A stretch of 64,000 bases of DNA from an uncultured Gemmatimonadales bacterium. GTDB taxonomy: Bacteria; Gemmatimonadota; Gemmatimonadetes; Gemmatimonadales; GWC2-71-9. Made by a program: the position numbers and the translations under genes. Below, one piece after another: positions 40,001 through 48,268 of this stretch. The stretch spans positions 128,001 to 192,000 of the forward strand of contig CAVYSW010000010.1 in the NCBI GenBank assembly GCA_963771275.1, given 5' to 3'. How positions within the stretch are numbered: position 1 is the stretch's first letter; every line of letters begins with the position of its first letter. The notes below the pieces were generated by a model. The model did not search any database. It saw only the letters and a program-made list of their open reading frames with translations, and was not told where the DNA came from.

Positions 40001-40366
40001 CGGGCGCTCGAGCAGACGCCGGCCGCGCCCGCACAGCTGTCCGCCGACCTCCTGGCCGTTCAGGACAGCGTGCAGGCGATCCAGGACGCGCTGAACGGCG
40101 ATCCGACGGCCGCCCGGCGGCAGGAATCCACACCGCCGTCGCTGACCGATCGCCTGCGGGCCTTCACCGGCGGCGCGTGGTCGGGGAGTCTGTCGGATGT
40201 CACGGCCACGCAGCAGCGGCAGTACGACGTGGTCGCCGCCGAGTTCGGGGCGATCCTCGATCGGCTGCGCAAGGTCGTCGAGGTTGATCTCCAGCGCGTC
40301 GAGCATGCTGCCGAGGCGGCTGGTGCCCCGTGGACCAGCGGGCGGATTCCGACCTGGAAGCCCTAG
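37004..40366 (+). CDS. Secreted BNR/Asp-box (VPS10/sortilin-like) beta-propeller protein, often annotated glycosyl hydrolase
   Basis: Signal peptide; RSIGPA..SGRI, repeated S.DGG.TW boxes, YGGTQDN, VATFGRGFYILDD; C-terminal helical domain. Confidence 0.88.
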   Translation: MSSCRSFVATCSLAAAVLLATALTPNAAVAQRPGRAQGGPPGAQAGARGDSTRGPRDPLGAALGGLRLRSIGPAVVSGRIGDIAVDPTDHKIWYVGVASGGLWKTTNAGTTFSPIFDGEGSYSIGTVVVDPKNPNVVWVGTGENNVQRSVSYGDGVYKSIDGGRSWRNVGLGTSEHIGKILVDPRNSDVVYVAAQGPLFNSGGDRGLYKTTDGGKTWNRILEGGEWAGVTDVVMDPRNPDVLIAAVWQRARRQWGYIAGGPQSSLQRSTDGGVTWTRSQSGLPSETLGRIGLAIAPADPDVVYAIVEAANDRGGFYRSRDNGVSWERMSDQTTIGLYYQELFADPVKVDRVYLVDVRNMVTEDGGRTFTPVGERNKHVDNHVIWIDPTDTDHLIIGCDGGLYQTFDRGQTYDFFQNLPLGQFYRVDTDNALPFYRVYGGTQDNSSVGGPSRTRTRGGAPGGDWFLTQGGDGFQSRADPADPNTVYAESQHGVLSRFNLATGEEVSIVPEAEPGEPGLRWHWDTPLIISPFSHTRLYFAAQRLFRSDDRGNTWRVVSPDLTRQIDRNKLKLMGQVWGVDAVAKNTSTSLYGTIVTIAESPAKEGLLWVGTDDGLVQVSEDGGAHWRAISSVPGVPDTTFISRVTPSMHDVNTVYVAFDNHKAGDYKPYIAKSTDLGRTWKLITGGLPERGSVYVVIEDHKDLNLLFAGTEFGLFVSRNGGERWTRLRAGLPTIMVRDLTIQKREDDLVVATFGRGFYILDDLSSLRALTPQTLASAGGLLPVKRTPMYVESSPAPNWQGARFYAGSNPPSGAVFTYYLKDAVRTRKEQRQQAERAAERRGEDVFYPPWDSLKAEDREEAPTVILTVTDPEGRVVRRVTGPTSAGTHRVTWDLRYPAATPVTAPRAGGGGFGGGGGFGFGGGAGPLVVPATYTVSLAKRVDGVESPVGQPQKFEVYLLDQTTTPRSPAVLAFQEKSAALQRAVLGANAAAGEAMSRVQLLKRALEQTPAAPAQLSADLLAVQDSVQAIQDALNGDPTAARRQESTPPSLTDRLRAFTGGAWSGSLSDVTATQQRQYDVVAAEFGAILDRLRKVVEVDLQRVEHAAEAAGAPWTSGRIPTWKP

Positions 40367-40397
40367 CGCACCAGGGGTGTGTTCTGGCGCACGACTC

Positions 40398-40424
40398 ACG
40401 GCGGGCCCGACGCGGGCCCGCCGT
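40398..40424 (+). terminator. Hairpin downstream of the BNR protein gene
   Basis: ACGGCGGGCCCG-acg-CGGGCCCGCCGT. Confidence 0.55.
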
Positions 40425-40460
40425 TGTGGCGTGGGGGGCGGGGCTCCGAATCACGAGTCG

Positions 40461-40479
40461 TTTTCACGGGTTTTTCACG
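40461..40479 (+). promoter_or_regulatory. TTTTCACG direct repeat (11-nt period), possible regulator site
   Basis: ttttcacg-ggt-ttttcacg, about 45-60 nt upstream of the peptide gene. Confidence 0.35.
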
Positions 40480-40522
40480 CCCGCGGCGCACCTTGGGCCG
40501 ACCCAATCTGCGGAGGACCCCG

Positions 40523-40666
40523 GTGTCGCAGCGTATTTCCGTACAGCTCACCCAGCAGCAGAAGGCCCAGATCAAGCAGGCGACCGGCAAAGACGCCGAC
40601 GCGATCGAGCTCAGTGTCGAGGAGCTCGAGGAGCGAATTGCCCCGTCCAAGTTGATCCGGAGCTAA
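40523..40666 (+). CDS. 47-aa RiPP-precursor-like peptide (ELEERIAP motif)
   Basis: GGAGG RBS at 40512-40516, GTG start; MSQRISVQLTQQQKAQIKQATGKDADAIELSVEELEERIAPSKLIRS; flanked by hairpins. Confidence 0.75.
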   Translation: MSQRISVQLTQQQKAQIKQATGKDADAIELSVEELEERIAPSKLIRS

Positions 40667-40690
40667 GCGGTCGGTCCCAGCCCGGCCCGC

Positions 40691-40717
40691 GAGCGCCCGG
40701 CAGTCCGCCGGGCGCTC
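40691..40717 (+). terminator. Hairpin after the peptide gene
   Basis: GAGCGCCCGGC-agtcc-GCCGGGCGCTC. Confidence 0.6.
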
Positions 40718-40811
40718 GTGCGTTGTGGCCCCTGGTCTGGCGCCGTCCTGGTTTCGCGTGTATCTCACATCGGGGTCGCGTGCGGGGCAGTCACGGCAAC
40801 GGGAGGCACGC

Positions 40812-41072
40812 ATGCCGGAGAAGCTCGTCGGGGTGGTGACGCACTACTTCAATGGGCCCAGCGTCGCCGTCGTGAAGGTCACTGAGGGGGAGATCGCCCT
40901 CGGCGATGACGTCCGGTTCGCGGGGCATTCGAGCGCCTTCACGGAGCGGGTGACCTCCATGGAGGTCGAGCACCGCAAGGTCGAGCGAGCGGGTGCCGGG
41001 GAAGAGGTGGCGATCCAGGTCGTGTCCCGTGTGCGGCAGCACGATCAGGTGTTCAAGATCGTCCCGGAGTAG
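40812..41072 (+). CDS. Small translation-elongation-factor-like beta-barrel protein (EF-Tu domain II / U32 C-terminal-like)
   Basis: RBS GGGAGG; VGVVTHYF...VAVV, GD.V.F.G, V.SMEV....VE.A..GEEVAI.V..RVR.HD.VFK. Confidence 0.75.
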   Translation: MPEKLVGVVTHYFNGPSVAVVKVTEGEIALGDDVRFAGHSSAFTERVTSMEVEHRKVERAGAGEEVAIQVVSRVRQHDQVFKIVPE

Positions 41073-41171
41073 GGGCCCGGTCGGAGCCCGCGGCGCGAGC
41101 CGCGCAACGTCGGATCGTTCGGCGCCCGCTTGGGTATACGTGGGCGTGTTTGTCCACCCCCTCACGAGCCA

Positions 41172-42458
41172 ATGACGATCCACATCCCCCCAAGGGCCGG
41201 AGCGGCGCTGCTTGGCGTGCTCTGCCTCCTCGGCCCGGCCGTGGCGGGTGCCCAACAGCCTCGCACCCGCGCCGATTCCCTGGAAGTAGAGCTCCGTCGC
41301 CTCCGCGCGCGGCTGGATTCCCTGGAGCAGGTGGTGGCCAGACTCACACCCACGCAACGGGACACCGCCAAGGCGGTCGATGAGCTGGCTGCCCTCCGGG
41401 CCGCCGCCCGCCAAGCCACCGGTCGGACGGACACGACCCGCACCCGCGTGGACACGGCAACGCGTTCCCAGGAGCGCGGCGGCAGCCTGAGCCAGCTCAA
41501 CCCCGAGATCAGCGCCACCGCCGATATCCGTCTCCAGGTAGACCCGCAGGCTCCGACGACCGATAATGTCGACGTCCGGGAGGTCGAATTCTCGTTCCAG
41601 TCGGCGCTCGACCCATATGCCAAGACCAAGATCTTCCTCTCGGCAGGGGAGGAGGGCGTCGCCATCGAAGAGGCGTACGCCTACTGGACGGGGCTCCCCG
41701 GCGGCCTGCGGCTCGATCTCGGGCGGTTCCGCCAGCAGGTGGGGGAGCTGAACCGGTGGCACCCGCATGCTCTTCCCGAGAGCGAGCTGCCGCTGGTGCT
41801 GCGCGAGTACTTCGGTGAGGAGGGGTTGAATGGTGACGGGCTCGGGCTGTACTGGCTGGCGCCGTTCGGCGGCGGGGCCGCGGGGACGTGGGAGCTCTGG
41901 GGACAGGCGACCCTCGCCAACAACGAGGTGCTGTACGACGGCGGACGCCGCCTCGCCGGGCTCGGCCATCTCAACATCTTCTGGCAGCTGAGCCCCGCGC
42001 TGTTTTTCCAGCTGGGTGGGACCGTGCTGGGTGGCGCGAATCCGGATTCGAGCCTCACGAGCACCGTGTTCGGCGGCGATTTCCGGCTGACCTGGCGCCC
42101 GCCCGCGCGCGCCCTCTATCACTCGTTCACGCTCCGGGGCGAGGGCTACGTGAACCGCCGCTCCGTCGCCGCCGGCACGACGAGCTACTCGGGCGCGTAT
42201 GTAGACGCGCTGTACCAGCTGTCGCGCCGCCTCACGGCCGGCGCCCGCTTCGACTACGTCGAGCCGCTCGCGGCGCCCGGGGAGCACACGTGGGCGGTCG
42301 TGCCCACGCTCCAGTGGTGGCAAAGCGAGTGGGTGTACCTCCGACTCGAGTGGCAACATCAGCGCGACGCCCTGGGGGGCGGCGCGTTCGGCAACCGGGA
42401 CAAGATCCTGATCCAGACGGTTTGGGCAATCGGTCCCCACAAACACGAGACCTACTGA
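41172..42458 (+). CDS. Outer-membrane beta-barrel/porin associated with metal uptake
   Basis: Signal peptide, coiled coil, LNPEIS, REVEFSFQSALDPY, IEEAY, LNRWHPH, C-terminal IGPHKHETY; first gene of a metal ABC operon. Confidence 0.75.
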   Translation: MTIHIPPRAGAALLGVLCLLGPAVAGAQQPRTRADSLEVELRRLRARLDSLEQVVARLTPTQRDTAKAVDELAALRAAARQATGRTDTTRTRVDTATRSQERGGSLSQLNPEISATADIRLQVDPQAPTTDNVDVREVEFSFQSALDPYAKTKIFLSAGEEGVAIEEAYAYWTGLPGGLRLDLGRFRQQVGELNRWHPHALPESELPLVLREYFGEEGLNGDGLGLYWLAPFGGGAAGTWELWGQATLANNEVLYDGGRRLAGLGHLNIFWQLSPALFFQLGGTVLGGANPDSSLTSTVFGGDFRLTWRPPARALYHSFTLRGEGYVNRRSVAAGTTSYSGAYVDALYQLSRRLTAGARFDYVEPLAAPGEHTWAVVPTLQWWQSEWVYLRLEWQHQRDALGGGAFGNRDKILIQTVWAIGPHKHETY

Positions 42459-42460
42459 TC

Positions 42461-43528
42461 ATGCATCGTCGCAGGGTACCGCTGCCCCGAGCCGTCGGCC
42501 TGGCCGGCCTCCTGCTCCTCCCGTGGCGCTCGGCCACCGCCCAGAACGCCGGCCTGCATATCGTCACCTCTCTCACCACCTACGCCTCCATCGCCCGCGA
42601 GATCGTGGGAGATCGTGGCACGGTGATCTCGATCGCGCGAGGTGACGAGAATCCACACTTCGTGCAGCCCCGGCCGAGCTACGTGATCGACCTCAAGAAG
42701 GCGGACCTGTTCGTGACGACGGGGCTCGATCTCGAGCTGTGGGTGCCGACCCTGCTCGACAAGGCCGGGAACGCCCGTATCCGCGAGGGATCACCGGGCT
42801 ACGTGACCGCGTACTCGGGGATCGATCTCCTCGACGTGCCCACTTCGCTCAGCCGATCGGCCGGCGACATCCACATCTACGGCAACCCGCACATCTGGAC
42901 CGATCCGGCGAACGCCATCACCATCGGGGGCAACATTCTCGCCGCGGTGAAGCGGCTCGATCCGGCGGGCGCGGCGGGCTACGATCAGCGGTACGCGGCG
43001 TGGAAGGACCGCGTGCTCCGCGCGTACGTGGGGGACGATCTCGTAACCCTCCTCGGCGGCGACGTCGTGTTCGACCTCGCGCGTCAGGGCAAGCTCTGGG
43101 ATTTCACCCACACGCAGCAGTATCAGGGCAAGCCGCTCGCGGGCCGCGTCGGCGGCTGGATGAAGCAGGCAGAGGCGTTCCACGGCCGCGACATCGTGTG
43201 CTACCACAAGGAATGGGACTATTTCAGCCACGCCTTCGGCGTCCCCTGCGTCGAGTACATCGAGTCGAAGCCCGGGATTCCGCCGACCCCGCGCCATGTC
43301 GGGGACGTCATTACCCTGATGCGGGAGCGGGGCATCAAAGTGCTGTTCTCCACGAACTACTACGACTACAATCAGGTCCGCACGGTGGCGACCAGGACGA
43401 ACGCCGTGGCGGTGAACGTTCCGTCCAACACCGACGGCGCGCCGGGCACCTCAACCTACGTCGACCTGGTCTCCCTCTGGGTGCGCGAGCTGGCCAATGC
43501 GTTCGGCACGCGGCCGGCCCACCCCTGA
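42461..43528 (+). CDS. Metal (Zn/Mn) ABC transporter substrate-binding protein, ZnuA-like
   Basis: ATG 42461; ENPHFV.P.PS, GLDLE.W, GNPHIWTDP, YHKEWDYF, E.KPGIPP.P.H. Confidence 0.88.
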   Translation: MHRRRVPLPRAVGLAGLLLLPWRSATAQNAGLHIVTSLTTYASIAREIVGDRGTVISIARGDENPHFVQPRPSYVIDLKKADLFVTTGLDLELWVPTLLDKAGNARIREGSPGYVTAYSGIDLLDVPTSLSRSAGDIHIYGNPHIWTDPANAITIGGNILAAVKRLDPAGAAGYDQRYAAWKDRVLRAYVGDDLVTLLGGDVVFDLARQGKLWDFTHTQQYQGKPLAGRVGGWMKQAEAFHGRDIVCYHKEWDYFSHAFGVPCVEYIESKPGIPPTPRHVGDVITLMRERGIKVLFSTNYYDYNQVRTVATRTNAVAVNVPSNTDGAPGTSTYVDLVSLWVRELANAFGTRPAHP

Positions 43529-43546
43529 TCCGGACACGACACCCTC

Positions 43547-44395
43547 ATGGCTGACTTGCTGCAGGTCATGCTCCCGCCCTTCGTCGCCTGCATGGTCTTC
43601 GTGGCGATGCTGGGCTACCTCGGCATTCACATCATCGCCCGCGGCGTCATCTTCGTAGACTTGGCGCTCGCCCAAATGGCCGCCCTCGGCAGCATGACGG
43701 CCCTGCTCCTCGGCGTGCAGTCCCAGTCGACGATGGGCTACGCCTTCGCCTTCGGGTTCGCCACGCTTGGTGCGCTGGTGTTTTCAGTGACGCGGACGAC
43801 GAGTGGCAAGCCGCGCGTCCCCCACGAAGCGATCATCGGCATCGTGTACGTCGTCGCTTCGGCAGCTACGCTGCTCGTGGCGGACAAGGCTCCCCACGGC
43901 GCCGAGACGGTAAAGGAGGCGCTGGCCGGCACCATCCTCTGGGTGTCCTGGTCCGACATCATCCGGCTCGCGGTCGTGTACCTCGTGATCGGCGCGTTCC
44001 ACTGGCTGCTGCGGCACCGCTTCCTCACCATCTCGCTCGACGAGGAGAAGGCGATCGCGGGTCGGTGGCGGCTCCGCTGGTGGGACTTCTTGTTCTACTT
44101 CTCGTTCGGCGTCGCCATCACGCTCGCCGTCCCGGTCGCGGGCGTCCTCTTGGTGTTCACGTTTCTGGTCGTACCGTCCGTCATCGCCTTCCTGTTCACC
44201 CGGCGTGCACGCCCGCTCATCGCGATCAGCTGGCTTGCCGCGGCGGTGTCGTCGGCCGGGGGTCTTGGCGTATCGTACAAGTTCGACCTGCCGACCGGCC
44301 CCGTGATCGTGTGTGCGTTCGGGGCCCTGCTGCTGGTTGCGGGGGTGGTGCGGTTCCTCAAGACGCGCCTCGCGGAGCAGCCACCCGCCACCTGA
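43547..44395 (+). CDS. Metal ABC transporter permease (ZnuB-like)
   Basis: GIHIIARGVIFVDLALAQ.AALG, EAIIGIVY, GVLLVF.FLVVP, DLPTGP; multiple TM helices. Confidence 0.88.
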   Translation: MADLLQVMLPPFVACMVFVAMLGYLGIHIIARGVIFVDLALAQMAALGSMTALLLGVQSQSTMGYAFAFGFATLGALVFSVTRTTSGKPRVPHEAIIGIVYVVASAATLLVADKAPHGAETVKEALAGTILWVSWSDIIRLAVVYLVIGAFHWLLRHRFLTISLDEEKAIAGRWRLRWWDFLFYFSFGVAITLAVPVAGVLLVFTFLVVPSVIAFLFTRRARPLIAISWLAAAVSSAGGLGVSYKFDLPTGPVIVCAFGALLLVAGVVRFLKTRLAEQPPAT

Positions 44396-44462
44396 CCGGT
44401 CGGCGCCGCTCCCTCGCCCGCGCGACGTGCGTTTTCGCGCGGCGTCCGTATACTAGAGGGGC

Positions 44463-46802
44463 ATGGCTGACCTCGCGACGCGGCTCCGATCGGCGCTGGG
44501 TGAGCGCTACCGGGTGGAGAATGAGCTGGGAGCGGGCGGCATGGCCGTCGTCTTCCATGCCCACGACCTGCGTCACGATCGGCCGGTCGCGCTGAAAGTC
44601 CTCCGTCCGGAGCTGGCGACGGGCATCGGATCCGATCGGTTCCTGCACGAGATCCGGCTCACCGCCGGCCTTCAGCATCCGCACATCCTCCCGCTGTACG
44701 ACTCCGGCGAAGCCGACGGGCTCTTGTTCTACGTGATGCCGCTTGTCGCCGGCGAATCACTGCGCCAGCGGTTGGATCGCCAGCGACAGCTGCCGCTCGC
44801 CGACGCGCTCCGCCTGACGGGCGAGATCGCCGACGCGCTCGCGGCGGCGCACGCACAGGGCATCGTGCACCGGGACGTGAAGCCCGAGAACATTCTCCTC
44901 TCGGGAGAGCACGCGCTGGTTGCGGACTTCGGGATCGCGCGCGCCGTGGAGGTCGCGGGAGCGCACCGGCTGACCGCCACCGGCCTGGCGATCGGGACCC
45001 CCGGATACATGGCGCCGGAGCAAGCGGGCGACGAGGCCGTGGATCAACGGGCGGATGTCTACGCGCTCGCCTGCATGACCTACGAGATGCTCTCGGGCGA
45101 TCCGCCGTTCTCCGGCGCCACGGCGCAGGCGGTGCTGGCGCGGCAGCTGGCGGGCGAGGTACGCGCCGTGACGACCGTCCGGCCCCACGTGCCGCGCGCG
45201 GTGGACGTGGTGCTGGCGCGTGCCATGGCTGCCTCGCCTGCCGATCGCCCCGCCGGCATCCGGGATTTCGCTCGGGCCCTTGAACGGGCGGCGACAACCC
45301 GCTCGCGGTGGTGGGTGGGCTGGGCCGCGCTGGCGACCACCGCGCTCGTCGGCGCCGGGCTCCTCGGCTACGTCGTGCGGCACCGCGGCGCACCGGCCGT
45401 GCCGTCACCGGCACCTGCCGTCGTGGTCCTTCCGTTTCGCGCGATCGGGGAATCCGAGGAGAGCCGCTACTGGAGCGCCGGGGTCACGGAGGACGTCCGT
45501 GCCAAGCTCGGGCAGGTGGGTGGCGTCCGCGTGATCGCCATCCCGGACGGCTATGCGCCGGCGGCGGGGGATCCGGACGCGTTGCGGCGCCTGGCGGAAG
45601 ACGTCCACGCCACGCTGCTGCTTGAGGGCAGCGTACGTCTCGAGGGGGCACGCGTGCGCATCGCGGCCCACCTCCTGGCCTCGGACGGGCGGACGCAGGT
45701 CTGGGGCGAGGCGTACGATACGCTCGCCACGGACGTGTTCGGGATCCAGGCGGAGATCGCCGAGCGGGTCGCCCGCGCTCTCGACGTCGTGCTCAGCGCC
45801 GCGGACTCCAGTGCGCTCCGCCGCTCGGCCACGGAGAACCCGCAGGCCTACGCCCACTACTTGCGAGGCCGCTTCTTGTGGGGGACGCGGACTCCGGATG
45901 GGAATCGCCGCGCCGTGGCCGCCTTCGAGGCCGCCCTCGCGGTGGACCCTGCCTACCCGCGGGCGTATGCCGGCCTGGCCGATGCGCACGTCGTGGCCGG
46001 TACCTACGCCTGGGGGAATCGAGACGAGGAGTACGGTCTCGCGGAACGGTACGCGCGGCGAGCCCTCGAGCTCGATCCGCGGCTCGCCGAGGCGCACGCC
46101 ACGCTCGGCACCGTGGCGCTCGACTACCTGTGGGATTGGGAAACGGCGTTCCGAGAGCTGCGATCCGCGATCGCGTTGGACTCGAGCTACGCGACGGCCC
46201 ACGCCTGGCTGGCCCTCGCCTCCGCCTACCGTGGGCAGGCCGACCCGGCCTGGACCGAGGCCACCGAGGCGCTGCGACTTGATCCGTTTTCACCGGTCAT
46301 CGCAGCCAACGCCGTCGCCGTGGCAACGGCCGCCGGCCGCACGGCGGAAGCGATCCGGATCGGCGAGGCCGCCCGCCTGCGGTTTCCGGCCAGCTTCCCG
46401 CTCCTCAGCTACCTCGGCCTCGCCTACGCCGAGCATGGGAATGCAGCGGCGGCCGCGGCGATCGGCGAGACGCTCTCCCGAGCCGTGCCCGACCATCCCG
46501 TCCCGTGGTACCTGCTGGCCCGCGCCGCCATCGTGGCGGGTGATCGAGCTGCGGCGCGGAGGGCCTTGGCTGCGCTGGACAGTGTGCCACCACACCCCGA
46601 GAAGGCGTACGCCCTCGCGTCGGTCCACGCCATGCTCGGCGAGCCCGGCGAGGCATTCCGTTGGCTCGACCAGGCGTTGGCGGATCGCGCGTACTACTTG
46701 TCGTGGCTCAGGGTCGACCCGGGCTGGGCGGGGCTAAGCGGCGATGCTCGCTACCAGGCGGCCCTCGCTCGTCGAGGCCTCATTCCGCCGTCAGGCCGCT
46801 AG
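44463..46802 (+). CDS. Ser/Thr protein kinase with TolB-N-like domain and TPR repeats
   Basis: LGAGGMAVV, VALK, HRDVKPEN, DFGIA, GTPGYMAPE; VVVLPF...LLEGSVR; TPR repeats. Confidence 0.92.
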   Translation: MADLATRLRSALGERYRVENELGAGGMAVVFHAHDLRHDRPVALKVLRPELATGIGSDRFLHEIRLTAGLQHPHILPLYDSGEADGLLFYVMPLVAGESLRQRLDRQRQLPLADALRLTGEIADALAAAHAQGIVHRDVKPENILLSGEHALVADFGIARAVEVAGAHRLTATGLAIGTPGYMAPEQAGDEAVDQRADVYALACMTYEMLSGDPPFSGATAQAVLARQLAGEVRAVTTVRPHVPRAVDVVLARAMAASPADRPAGIRDFARALERAATTRSRWWVGWAALATTALVGAGLLGYVVRHRGAPAVPSPAPAVVVLPFRAIGESEESRYWSAGVTEDVRAKLGQVGGVRVIAIPDGYAPAAGDPDALRRLAEDVHATLLLEGSVRLEGARVRIAAHLLASDGRTQVWGEAYDTLATDVFGIQAEIAERVARALDVVLSAADSSALRRSATENPQAYAHYLRGRFLWGTRTPDGNRRAVAAFEAALAVDPAYPRAYAGLADAHVVAGTYAWGNRDEEYGLAERYARRALELDPRLAEAHATLGTVALDYLWDWETAFRELRSAIALDSSYATAHAWLALASAYRGQADPAWTEATEALRLDPFSPVIAANAVAVATAAGRTAEAIRIGEAARLRFPASFPLLSYLGLAYAEHGNAAAAAAIGETLSRAVPDHPVPWYLLARAAIVAGDRAAARRALAALDSVPPHPEKAYALASVHAMLGEPGEAFRWLDQALADRAYYLSWLRVDPGWAGLSGDARYQAALARRGLIPPSGR

Positions 46803-46844
46803 GGACGCAACGGCGATCACCTGGCGGGCGCGCGGACCCCTCCC

Positions 46845-47456
46845 TCAGCGCCGCTCGTAGGTCGGCCAGAGGTCTCGCGTCACCCTGCGGACCAGCAGGT
46901 TCACCAGCTCGCCGTACGCCTCGTTGGGGTCCTGCGCGCCGAACACGGGCGTCCCACCAACCACGGCGAGACCGGCAACAGTCCCGGTCGCATTGGCGCT
47001 TGACGACCAGACCGTAGCGCCCGACTCGGTGCTGAGGAGTCGCACCGTGAGGGCCACGGTGACGTCCGCGGCGAGCGCGGGTGTCGGCCCCAGTCTCACC
47101 CGGGGCTTCACGTTCGAGACGACCAGGTGGCCGGCAAACAACGCGCTCACGCCCTCGCGCTCGCCGATCGCCCGAACGGCACCGGGATCGAGCCGCGCCC
47201 GCCCGCCCGCCGCGAGCAGCGTGTCCTGGTCTCCCAGCTCCAGCACTTCGATCCCGCTCTGCGCGGCGAAGATCTCATCGCGGAAGTGATCGGTGGCGAC
47301 GGAGGCCAGCGCGCCGCGGGCGTTCTCGGTCGTGAACGAGATCAGGCCGACCCGCTGGTACGGTGTCAGGGCGAGCCGGGGGGGAAGCATGACCGTGGCG
47401 CCGCCGCAGCCGGCGACGAGCAGCACACACGGCAGGAGCGAACCGAGGCGTCGCAT
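46845..47456 (-). CDS. Hypothetical lipoprotein (CsgG/LpoB-like alpha/beta fold possible)
   Basis: ATG 47456; lipobox LVAG-C; VGLISF, AIGE..GV.ALFAG, VRLLSTESGATVWS. Confidence 0.65.
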   Translation of the reverse strand: MRRLGSLLPCVLLVAGCGGATVMLPPRLALTPYQRVGLISFTTENARGALASVATDHFRDEIFAAQSGIEVLELGDQDTLLAAGGRARLDPGAVRAIGEREGVSALFAGHLVVSNVKPRVRLGPTPALAADVTVALTVRLLSTESGATVWSSSANATGTVAGLAVVGGTPVFGAQDPNEAYGELVNLLVRRVTRDLWPTYERR

Positions 47457-47485
47457 GATCTGGGCTCCTCTCGCGCAGGTCGGTC

Positions 47486-48187
47486 TCACGGCCTGGCTGG
47501 TGTGTCTCCGAGCACCGAGTTGGCGATGTAACCGATCCGCACGCCGTTCTCGTACACCGCCCACCAGCCGCCTTCCAAGTCCCCGATCTCCACCCTCGCA
47601 CCTGGCGGGAGCACCCGCGTGACCGCGCTCTCGATGGTCCGGTCCGCTCGCACGTTCGCCCACTCCGCGGTCCATTTGGCGCTCAGGGCCGGCAATCGCG
47701 GTTCGGCGCGCGGGGTGGGTGTCGCCCGCACGGCGGGGAGAGGCGGAGGCGCCGAGTCCGGTCGGGCGGTGATCGTCTCCGCCGGCCCGACGACGAGAGG
47801 GGCCGCAGTGACGGTACTCTCAGGGCTGGGCGGAACCGGGTGGGGCGTGGTGGTGGCTTCTGCAGGCCCGACCCCGTTCGAGCGCCACGGCGGACCGTGC
47901 AACACCCCGACACGGGCGAGCACCACCAAGCCGCCCACCACCACCGCCACCGCGGCGAGCCCTCCCACGCCCCGTCGTACGAGGCGGGAGCGCCGCACGT
48001 GGCACCCGCAGAACGGGCACTGGACGGCGTCGCGATCGATGTGCTTGCCGCACCGCCGGCAGGCAGTCAGTCTGGTGCCGTCCCCTGCCTCGAGCGGGTT
48101 CTGAATAAGGACGTGACCGCACTTGGGGCAGGACGATGCGACGTCCAGCACGCGCTGGCCGCAATGGGGGCAGGCGATCATCACCAT
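47486..48187 (-). CDS. Double Zn-ribbon - TM - SH3b domain protein
   Basis: Four CxxC pairs, TM helix, C-terminal ANVRA...S.V..VL..G.RV....GWW.V....GYI. Confidence 0.7.
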   Translation of the reverse strand: MVMIACPHCGQRVLDVASSCPKCGHVLIQNPLEAGDGTRLTACRRCGKHIDRDAVQCPFCGCHVRRSRLVRRGVGGLAAVAVVVGGLVVLARVGVLHGPPWRSNGVGPAEATTTPHPVPPSPESTVTAAPLVVGPAETITARPDSAPPPLPAVRATPTPRAEPRLPALSAKWTAEWANVRADRTIESAVTRVLPPGARVEIGDLEGGWWAVYENGVRIGYIANSVLGDTPARP

Positions 48188-48268
48188 GACGTAGCGAATC
48201 TAATACTTTTCAGGCTATTTCAACGCGCCGCCCGAAGTTGGCGGGCGACGTCCCCGTCGGCCATCGGC

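Noticed and set aside
44463..46802. Second Ser/Thr kinase as a T6SS regulator
   Set aside because: It is over 20 kb from the cluster and has a generic kinase-TolB-TPR architecture; nothing links it to the T6SS.
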